From positions 1 through 33,982 of IMG/VR virus record IMGVR_UViG_3300023218_000192: DNA of 33,982 nucleotides; one strand, given 5' to 3'. Position 1 is the stretch's first letter. Each line of letters starts with the position of its first letter. A program made the position numbers and the translations under genes. Origin of the DNA: a virus (Duplodnaviria; Caudoviricetes). Below are positions 25,875 through 32,610 of the stretch, piece after piece. The notes under the pieces were generated by a model. That model saw only the letters and a program-made list of their open reading frames with translations, searched no databases and had not been told where the DNA came from.

Positions 25875-26966
25875 ATGCATCAGGGCGAAACGGATCCGGT
25901 TGGCGCGGCGAGTACGGCTTCACGCGGGGGCAAGGCACGGGCGGCCAGCCTTTCGCCCGAGGAGCGTCGACAGATCGCTCGGCAGGCTGCTATCACGCGT
26001 TGGCAGAGCAAGCCAGACCCAGATGGACTCCCGCGTGCGATCTGCGGCACGGATGACAACCCAATGAACGTCGATGGGATCCGGATCAGTTGCTACGTGT
26101 TGGACGACGAGCGACGGGTCATCTCACAGCGCGGGCTGAAGGCGGGGCTCGGAATGAACGCGACTGGCGGTGCGCGCCGACTCGTCGATTTCGTGGCTTC
26201 TCTTCGCGGTAAAGCCGAAGTCATTAACGCTTTGTCGGTGCGCATTAGCTCGCCGATCCGCTTTCGCATGCTGAGCGGTGGCACGGCCCACGGGTATGAG
26301 GCGACTTTGCTTGCGGACCTTTGCGATTACGTCCTAGACGCCAGGCGTGAGGGCCGCCTGAACGAGTCGCGGCAGGGTCACATTGCCGCACAGTGCGAGC
26401 TGCTCGTGCGTGGCTTCGCTCGCGTCGGCATCATCGCCCTCGTCGACGAGGCCACCGGGTATCAGCACTTCCGGCCGCGGAGGGCGCTTGCCGAGATCCT
26501 TGAGAAGTACATCTCGGAGAAGCTCGTCGGGTGGGCGAAGCGATTTCCCGACGAGTTCTACCGCGAAATGTTTCGCCTCAAGGGCTGGAACTACGAAGCG
26601 CTGGTCCCGGGGTCCAACAAACCTGGCGTCGTCGGCCGCTACACGCGGGACATCGTCTACCAGCGCCTCGCCCCAGGCGTGATCGAGGAACTCGAGCGCC
26701 TGAACCCGACGGTCGCGCCGGGCCGCCGCAAGGTGAAGCACCACCAGTTCCTGACCGAGGACATCGGACATGCGGAGCTGCGCGAGCACCTGGCGAAGGT
26801 GATCACGGTCATGCAGCTCTCGAGCGACTGGGACGATTTCAAGTCGAAGCTCCGACGCGTCCTGCCGCGAAAGTGGGAGCAGGGCGACTTCGCCGACCTG
26901 TTCCCAGATCCCGCCTTCGCTGATTCGCCGGCAGGTGAGGACGCGGCTACAGCACGCCGAGCGTGA
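25875..26966 (+). CDS. P63C-domain protein
   Basis: 'GGKARAASLSPEERRQIARQAAITRW', 'CYVLDDERRV', 'VGIIALVDEATGYQ', 'WAKRFPDEFY', 'KHHQFLT'. Start is 25875 or 25863. Confidence 0.9.
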   Translation: MHQGETDPVGAASTASRGGKARAASLSPEERRQIARQAAITRWQSKPDPDGLPRAICGTDDNPMNVDGIRISCYVLDDERRVISQRGLKAGLGMNATGGARRLVDFVASLRGKAEVINALSVRISSPIRFRMLSGGTAHGYEATLLADLCDYVLDARREGRLNESRQGHIAAQCELLVRGFARVGIIALVDEATGYQHFRPRRALAEILEKYISEKLVGWAKRFPDEFYREMFRLKGWNYEALVPGSNKPGVVGRYTRDIVYQRLAPGVIEELERLNPTVAPGRRKVKHHQFLTEDIGHAELREHLAKVITVMQLSSDWDDFKSKLRRVLPRKWEQGDFADLFPDPAFADSPAGEDAATARRA

Positions 26967-27324
26967 CCGTTAGCCTTCCGCCGTGTCGCTCGACTTCGGA
27001 GACGTACTCAGACCCTGGTGCGGTGCGGACAATGAAGTCGTCGTCACCGTCGTTCCAGGCGACGAGGCAGATCCAGCCTGCCTCAACCCCAAGGTCCTCA
27101 AAGTAGAGCACGAGGCTGTTCTCGCACGCATGGATGGCAGAGGTCAAGGCGTCGCCGAGTTGCGCGTTCACCGCAGAGCCGTGGTGGTCTTCGCTCGAGT
27201 GAATCACAACGCGAATTCCCCCCAGGTCCTGCGCGACCGCGACGACCCTCCGACTGCGGTCGTAGCTCAGCACAAACCTTGCGTGCGAGTCGAGCTCGTC
27301 TTTCGTGATCTGACACTTGCTCAT
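26947..27324 (-). CDS. Hypothetical protein
   Basis: 125-aa ORF with natural composition, downstream of a co-oriented gene. Confidence 0.6.
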   Translation of the reverse strand: MSKCQITKDELDSHARFVLSYDRSRRVVAVAQDLGGIRVVIHSSEDHHGSAVNAQLGDALTSAIHACENSLVLYFEDLGVEAGWICLVAWNDGDDDFIVRTAPGSEYVSEVERHGGRLTVTLGVL

Positions 27325-27352
27325 CGCCGGTGCTCCCTCAGCCGTTCCATGT

Positions 27353-27970
27353 TCATCGCAGTCGTTGAAGCGCGACGAGCCCCGACGAGCCGAGCAGTGC
27401 CAGCGCCGCTCCCGGGCCCGCCGCGGTCGCCGCGAGGATGACGCGGGTCCACGCGACGAACTGGCGGCCGGACCGCTGCAGCTCGGCCCCGAGGCCGGCG
27501 AAGGGGTTGTTCGGGTCCGGCTGCGCCGGCGGTGCCGCTGCGGTGGCGGCGCCGATCCCGTCGACCGCGGCCATCACGAGCTGATACCCGGCGTACGCGC
27601 AGAACAGGATGCCCAGCCCGACGCACGCCCACGCGGAGATCGTCATCACCGTGCCGGGGAAGCCGAGCGACCGGCGGAGCGGCCGAGGCGTGGAGCGGCC
27701 CGCCAGGGCGAGTTGCTCGAGCCCGTCGTCGTCGCCGTTGAGCCGGCGGGGCGGCGACGACGGCCGCGGCGGGGCCTCGTCGGGCTCGAGGTCGTAGTCG
27801 TCCTCCTCGATCGTGACCGTCGCATCCTCGGGCACGGCTCCGCTCACGACAAGCCCGCGTCGAACGGCCCGCCGTGTGGCCTGGGCCTCGTTGGCTGCCT
27901 CGACCGTGATCGTTTGATCCTCGCCGCTCTCGCGATTCGCCCCCGTCACCCTCCAGTTCTGCATGCTCAT
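27353..27970 (-). CDS. Two-TM membrane protein with small N-terminal soluble domain (lysogen-expressed candidate)
   Basis: GAGG SD, acidic/proline linker, two hydrophobic helices. Confidence 0.65.
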   Translation of the reverse strand: MSMQNWRVTGANRESGEDQTITVEAANEAQATRRAVRRGLVVSGAVPEDATVTIEEDDYDLEPDEAPPRPSSPPRRLNGDDDGLEQLALAGRSTPRPLRRSLGFPGTVMTISAWACVGLGILFCAYAGYQLVMAAVDGIGAATAAAPPAQPDPNNPFAGLGAELQRSGRQFVAWTRVILAATAAGPGAALALLGSSGLVALQRLR

Positions 27971-28002
27971 GGTCTGCCTCGGCTTGTTAGAATCCGACCG
28001 TC

Positions 28003-28194
28003 ATGTTCCCGCATCTCGACGCCCGCGACACGCGACGCCACCTCATGGCCCTGGTTCAACTCGGGCAGGGTGCCCCGGCCGACTCAGAGGTCGGCAAGCT
28101 CCGAGAGACCGCCGCGAAGCGGCTCCGTGAAGACCTCGACCGCCTGCCCGGCGACGCGGATCAGAGGTCGAAGCCGTCGCCCGCGGCCTCCTGA
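28003..28194 (+). CDS. Small ORF antisense to the cI operon
   Basis: Extended -10 TGTTAGAAT at 27985-27993, 9 nt before the ATG. Helical 63-aa product. Confidence 0.4.
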   Translation: MFPHLDARDTRRHLMALVQLGQGAPADSEVGKLRETAAKRLREDLDRLPGDADQRSKPSPAAS

Positions 28195-28472
28195 TGTTGC
28201 TGCAGCATCAGGCTCGTCGCATAGTCCCGCTCCGTCCGACGCAGGGCCCGCCTGACCTCGCGCACGAGGCCCACGGCCATCGTCGCGACGTCCTCCTCAA
28301 CCTCGTTCGAGACGTCGCTTCCGGGGCGGGCGAGAATCGTGGCGGCCGCCTGGATGCAGGCCGGCAGCAGCACGTCGGCGTCCCGCACCGGCGGGGCGAA
28401 GGTGTCGGGGTCGCCAACGGCGTCGGCCGCGGCTGCCTGCAGCTTGTCCATGTCGATCTGGCTCATGGTCAT
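28161..28472 (-). CDS. Hypothetical protein co-transcribed with cI
   Basis: ATGA overlap with the cI stop. Confidence 0.65.
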   Translation of the reverse strand: MTMSQIDMDKLQAAAADAVGDPDTFAPPVRDADVLLPACIQAAATILARPGSDVSNEVEEDVATMAVGLVREVRRALRRTERDYATSLMLQQHQEAAGDGFDL

Positions 28473-29230
28473 TGGGTCACCGCATCGAAGGGCATGGCCG
28501 GCACGTCCTCTTCGAGCTTGTAGCGGAACTCGGCGATGCGCGTGACCTCCTGCAGGGGCACGCGGATCTCGCCGGGGAAGTCGGCCTGGTTGCGGGCGGC
28601 CAGGACGAGTTCGTCGTCCTCGAAGCCGCGCAGGTTCTTGAACGTGCCGCGGCCCTCGGCGTCGCAGACGAGGTAGTCGCGGCCCGGCGTGAGCTCGTCG
28701 CCTGCCTCGGGGCGGACCACGCGGAACATGACCTTCACGCCGCTCTGGTAGGCCGGGGCCATTGAGCGGCCGAACACCTGGACGATCATGAGCCCCTGGT
28801 GGAGCGTCGCCGCGTGGATGCCGTCGTAGCTGCCGAAGTTCACGGGGTCGCCCAGGTCTGCCCAGCCGCCGGCGGCCACGCTCGCGTGGAACTCCGGGAT
28901 CGGCGGCATCTCCCGGGGCTTGCCGAAGTGGTCGTCCCGCCAGTCGGGGCGATCCTCATCGTTACCTTCGCCGCGCCTCTGCGGCGATACGAGGTCAACG
29001 GGCTCTAGCCCGCCCAGCGATTCGGCGAGCTTGACCGCGACATCCCAGCTCTGCACGAACTGCGTCCGTCCGGTTTCGAGGTTGGAGATTGTCTGGGCCT
29101 CGACGCCAGCGGCGTTCGCGAGGCGCCGCTGGCTCATGCCGGCCTTGATCCGGAGCCTCTTGACCCGTTCACCGAGCGTCGGCACGAGCGCATCGGACAG
29201 CGATGGCGGGGATGCGGCAACAAGCGTCAC
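28469..29230 (-). CDS. cI: CI-like repressor (XRE HTH plus S24 autopeptidase)
   Basis: HTH 'LGERVKRLRIKAGMSQRRLANAAGVEAQTISNLETG', cleavage site 'VAAG', catalytic 'GRSMAP' and 'TFK'. Confidence 0.92.
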   Translation of the reverse strand: MTLVAASPPSLSDALVPTLGERVKRLRIKAGMSQRRLANAAGVEAQTISNLETGRTQFVQSWDVAVKLAESLGGLEPVDLVSPQRRGEGNDEDRPDWRDDHFGKPREMPPIPEFHASVAAGGWADLGDPVNFGSYDGIHAATLHQGLMIVQVFGRSMAPAYQSGVKVMFRVVRPEAGDELTPGRDYLVCDAEGRGTFKNLRGFEDDELVLAARNQADFPGEIRVPLQEVTRIAEFRYKLEEDVPAMPFDAVTQ

Positions 29231-29298
29231 GAAGACGCTCCAATCTTTTGGCTTCTTGGGCTTGACATTGGCACACTTTGGACAATGCTGGCGCCGCC
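29231..29298. promoter_or_regulatory. Divergent cI/cro promoter-operator region
   Basis: AT-richer gap with a perfect TTGACA at 29262, CCAA-N4-TTGG at 29240-29251, and TTGG repeated at roughly 10-bp spacing. Confidence 0.7.
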
Positions 29299-29508
29299 AT
29301 GCCCGCTGAGGTCCGCATCACCGATCCCGACACCGTCCGCATCGTGGAGGCCGAGCGCCTTCGGCGGGGCGACGCCACCGCCACGAAGACCGCCGGGAAC
29401 ATGATCCGCGAGCGAGCGACGTTTCTTGAGCACGCCCGGCTCCGCGAGCTCGACGTGGTCGCGGAATTCGAGGCCGAGCCCGAGCGGCTTCGCCCGGCTG
29501 CTGCCTGA
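29299..29508 (+). CDS. Cro-position small protein
   Basis: First gene divergent from cI, 69 aa. No classical HTH was recognised. Confidence 0.55.
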   Translation: MPAEVRITDPDTVRIVEAERLRRGDATATKTAGNMIRERATFLEHARLRELDVVAEFEAEPERLRPAAA

Positions 29509-29519
29509 ACCCCCACCCC

Positions 29520-29557
29520 CCGGTCCGTCCGGTCGCGAAAGCGGCCGGGCGGGCTTC
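29520..29557 (+). repeat. Early-operon hairpin repeat, copy 1
   Basis: 15-bp stem with G-U pairs and GAAA loop; 34/38 identical to 30024-30061. Confidence 0.75.
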
Positions 29558-29599
29558 TCGCCGGCGACGCCGGCCTTCTTCATCACGCGAGGACCGCTC

Positions 29600-30010
29600 A
29601 TGACCACGCCCGCAGCCGACCCGACCGAACGCCTCGTCTGCCAGCCCGGCGACGAGTTCGGCGACACCGCCCAGATCATCCCCGCCGGCGAGGCCGTGCC
29701 GGACCTGGACGCGGTTGATGACGAGCCGGCCCCCCTGATCCTCCGCGACGCCGGCGACGGCCGCGTGAGCCTGCCGTGTGACGCCCTGTGCGACCTGATC
29801 CTCGCCGCGGGCGACGCCGCCCGGAAGCTCGAGTCGGTCTTCGGCGACAACGCCCGCGACGGCTTCATCGACCACATCCCGACGCGGCAGCTCCACGACC
29901 TCCTGGTCCGGGCCATCCGCAACGCGGGCGGCCACCACCTGACGCTCGCCGAGCGCCGGGCCGAGGACCGCCGCCGATCCATCTCTGGCATCCAGCGGCC
30001 CGCCGCCTGA
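29600..30010 (+). CDS. Hypothetical early protein
   Basis: GAGGA SD and ATG at 29600; flanked by the two hairpin repeats. Confidence 0.65.
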   Translation: MTTPAADPTERLVCQPGDEFGDTAQIIPAGEAVPDLDAVDDEPAPLILRDAGDGRVSLPCDALCDLILAAGDAARKLESVFGDNARDGFIDHIPTRQLHDLLVRAIRNAGGHHLTLAERRAEDRRRSISGIQRPAA

Positions 30011-30023
30011 TCTCTCTCCCCCT

Positions 30024-30061
30024 CCGGCCCGTCCGGTCGCCAACGCGGCCGGGCGGGTTTC
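30024..30061 (+). repeat. Early-operon hairpin repeat, copy 2
   Basis: Same stem with a CAAC loop, followed by TTTC. Confidence 0.75.
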
Positions 30062-30135
30062 CTGGGCCCATGGACGTCGGCGGGTTTCTGCCACGCCATC
30101 ACTTTGCCGCGCAGGCTGCCGCACTTCTGCCCGCC

Positions 30136-30669
30136 ATGCACCGTCGATCCGCGAAAAACTGCCACCACTGGCTCAACGGCGTGTTTGCGCTCTTCGACGG
30201 CCGCGTCGTGAAGGACGGCGACGTGTCCGTCGAGCTGAGCGACAAGTGGTGGGCCCTCCGGTTGGGCGTCGACCGCGACACGGTCCGCCGCTGGCGGAAG
30301 GACGAGACCACGCCCGACGCCGACGTCGTCGCGAACGTGATCGCCCTGGGCCCGCCGCAGGTCGCGGCGTACGTGCAGGGCGTGCTCGAGCGGCTCCGCC
30401 AGCCGCCCTCGGCCGAGGCCGCCAAGGCGACGGAGCTGCTGCACGCCGGCGTGGGGCTCAACGCCACGGTCGCCCACTACCTCGACGTCGTCGCCGACGC
30501 GACGGCCGACGGCCACGTCGACGACGACGAGCGGGCGGCGATCGACCGCTGCCTGGCCAACGTGGCCGGCGAGGTCGCCGCCAACCGCCAGACCGCAGGC
30601 CGGTGCCGGACGACCCAAGCCGCGGCCCCGATTCAGACCTTCCCCCGATCCGCGGAGGACGCGGCATGA
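30136..30669 (+). CDS. CII-like / HTH phage regulatory protein (start 30136 or 30070)
   Basis: HTH 'WALRLGVDRDTVRRWRKDETTP' and C-terminal 'ADGHVDDDERAAI', typical of CII/CP76-like proteins. Confidence 0.6.
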   Translation: MHRRSAKNCHHWLNGVFALFDGRVVKDGDVSVELSDKWWALRLGVDRDTVRRWRKDETTPDADVVANVIALGPPQVAAYVQGVLERLRQPPSAEAAKATELLHAGVGLNATVAHYLDVVADATADGHVDDDERAAIDRCLANVAGEVAANRQTAGRCRTTQAAAPIQTFPRSAEDAA

Positions 30670-31055
30670 ACTTCGAAATCTACCGGCCCGTGACCGGGGG
30701 CGGGATCCGACTTCAGCGCGGAGAGGTCACCGTCGCTGCTAACGGTCGGCTCACCGTGCCGCGGGTCGACCTTGAAGCGGTCGGAGCCAACCGCGACGTG
30801 ACCCTCATGTACGACAAGACGGCCCGACTCATCGGGATCCGCAGGCCTCGGCCGGGAGATCCGACCGTGAAGGTGCGGGGCAAAGACAACGCCGCCACGG
30901 CCACGATCAGCATTCGCGGACCCCTTGCCCGGCTCTCCGTCGCGGCGGCTTCGATCAAGGGCCGTCGGAAGTCGATCGTCTCTGACCAACAGCAGCTGAT
31001 CACGATCCCGGTCGGCGACGACGTCGTCCCCGCAAAGGGGGCCCGCCGTGCCTGA
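30666..31055 (+). CDS. Basic protein with AbrB/SpoVT-like swapped-hairpin motif
   Basis: 'VTVAANGRLTVPRVDLEAVG'; ATGA overlap with a GGAGG SD. Confidence 0.5.
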   Translation: MNFEIYRPVTGGGIRLQRGEVTVAANGRLTVPRVDLEAVGANRDVTLMYDKTARLIGIRRPRPGDPTVKVRGKDNAATATISIRGPLARLSVAAASIKGRRKSIVSDQQQLITIPVGDDVVPAKGARRA

Positions 31056-31278
31056 CCTCTTCACGTCCCCCGAGCAAGCCGAGGCCGATCGCAAGGCCCG
31101 CGGCAAGCTGCTCGCCGTGCTCTACCGCCGCCTCGCCAGCCATGTTCGCGAGATGCGCGCCGGCCAGAAGCTCTACTTCCGCCGCCGGTCGCAGGGCGAC
31201 CTCGAGGCGGCCAAGTCGCTCGAGCGCGAGGTCGACCGCACCCTCAAGGCGATCGAGGAGGCCGAACGTGGCTCGTGA
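31048..31278 (+). CDS. Hypothetical early protein
   Basis: Overlapping GTG start after AAAGGGGG; 'MRAGQKLYFR...AKSLEREVD'. Confidence 0.65.
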   Translation: MPDLFTSPEQAEADRKARGKLLAVLYRRLASHVREMRAGQKLYFRRRSQGDLEAAKSLEREVDRTLKAIEEAERGS

Positions 31279-31534
31279 CGCCTTCGAGCAGGGCTGGGAC
31301 GCGTACCGCGCGTGCAAGCCCCGCTGGGCGAACCCGTTCCGACTGGAGACGGACGCCGCACTCAACTGGCGGGACGGCTGGCTCCACGCCAAGCGGCAGG
31401 CCGAGGACGCGATTCCCGAGCCGAGGCCAAGCCCCCAGCGGTGGGGGGGCAGCGGCGACACCAGGACGGCCACCCGACGCTCCCGCTCTTTGGATGCCCC
31501 CGACCAGCTTCTGATCCCAACCACCGCCCCATGA
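31268..31534 (+). CDS. Rmf/CrpP-fold-like small protein
   Basis: GAGGAGG SD and GTG at 31268. 'AFEQGWDAY...NPF.....LNWRDGW' matches the Rmf-family pattern A..G..A.....PY.....W..GW. Confidence 0.6.
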   Translation: MARDAFEQGWDAYRACKPRWANPFRLETDAALNWRDGWLHAKRQAEDAIPEPRPSPQRWGGSGDTRTATRRSRSLDAPDQLLIPTTAP

Positions 31535-31923
31535 GCCTCCACGAGATCCAGCCCGGCGAGAAGACCAGCGGCGCCGACGTCGTCATCGACCTGAGCGACA
31601 TGCCGGTCGCTGACCGGAACGAGGCCTACCGCCTCTTCGGCGACACCGCCCAGGCGATGCACGACGAGCTCCGCGAGCGAGCGGCCACGCACGGCTGCAT
31701 GCACGCCGCCGCCGCGTCGTACCTCGAGGACCTCATCGGCACGGCGCCGCAGGAGGCCATCCGGCCACGTCAGACGGGCCTCCTGATCCGTTTCGTCCGC
31801 CGCCTGGCCGACGGGATGGTCCGCCGCGCCGCCGAGCGTCGCGCGACGGAGCTGGCGGCGAGCAACGCGAAGGTCGCCCCTTGCCACGTCTACGGCACCG
31901 ACCGGCCCATCAGCCTGAACTGA
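31531..31923 (+). CDS. Hypothetical early protein
   Basis: ATGA overlap at 31531 and phage-typical codon usage. Confidence 0.65.
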   Translation: MSLHEIQPGEKTSGADVVIDLSDMPVADRNEAYRLFGDTAQAMHDELRERAATHGCMHAAAASYLEDLIGTAPQEAIRPRQTGLLIRFVRRLADGMVRRAAERRATELAASNAKVAPCHVYGTDRPISLN

Positions 31924-31964
31924 ACCCCTCGCCACCCCGCCCAACCCACGCACAGGAGGCCCCC

Positions 31965-32333
31965 GTGCTCACGCTCAGACGGAACTACCACGAGACCGTC
32001 GTCTTCCGCGACGCCGCCGGCCGCAAGCTCGGCGAGCTCAAGGTGCTCGAGACGCGGCCGAACCAGGTGAACCTCGGCTTCGCCTTCGAGGACGGCATCC
32101 AGATCAACCGGGCCGAGGTCGACGCCCGCATGTTCCCGGTCGACACGCCCCAGCCAATCCCGCCCGTCACGATCGCCGAGACCCCGGCCTCGCGTAGGCC
32201 GCCACCGCTCGTCTGCCGCTGCCGCGACGAGGACGTCACCTTCGACCCGGGGCAGACCGGCCGCTGCGGGACTTGCGGCCTCCGGACGCGCGAGCCGCAC
32301 GTCGAGCTCGCCGACACGATCCGCCTCGCCTGA
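31965..32333 (+). CDS. CsrA/RsmA-like RNA-binding protein with C-terminal Cys cluster (possible Zn ribbon)
   Basis: AGGAGG SD. 'MLTLRRNYHETVVF...ELKVLETRPNQVNLGFAFEDGIQINRAEV' parallels CsrA 'MLILTR..GE.....VL...GNQVRIG..AP..V.VHREEI'. The tail has CRC and CGTC. Confidence 0.72.
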   Translation: MLTLRRNYHETVVFRDAAGRKLGELKVLETRPNQVNLGFAFEDGIQINRAEVDARMFPVDTPQPIPPVTIAETPASRRPPPLVCRCRDEDVTFDPGQTGRCGTCGLRTREPHVELADTIRLA

Positions 32334-32357
32334 CTCTCCTCCTCCTCGCCCGACGCC

Positions 32358-32606
32358 ATGCCCAGGTCAAAGAAGCCCGCCCCCGACGTCGCGCCGCCCG
32401 GCGGCGACCGCCTCATCGAGGTCCCGCAGCTGTGCGAGAAGCTCGGCGGGATCTCGCGGTCGACGCTCGAGAAGTGGCTGCGCGACCCGAACATCCAGCC
32501 GCCTCTTCCGCGGCCGCTGGGCCTGCAACGCAACCGCCAGTGGAGCGAGCGGGCGATCGACGCCTGGATCGCCGATCATCAGCAGCTCGCCGACGCCGCC
32601 GCCTGA
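32358..32606 (+). CDS. xis: Excisionase / AlpA-like HTH protein
   Basis: 'LCEKLGGISRSTLEKW...LPRPL...WSERAIDAWI', adjacent to the integrase. Confidence 0.85.
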   Translation: MPRSKKPAPDVAPPGGDRLIEVPQLCEKLGGISRSTLEKWLRDPNIQPPLPRPLGLQRNRQWSERAIDAWIADHQQLADAAA

Positions 32607-32610
32607 CGCC

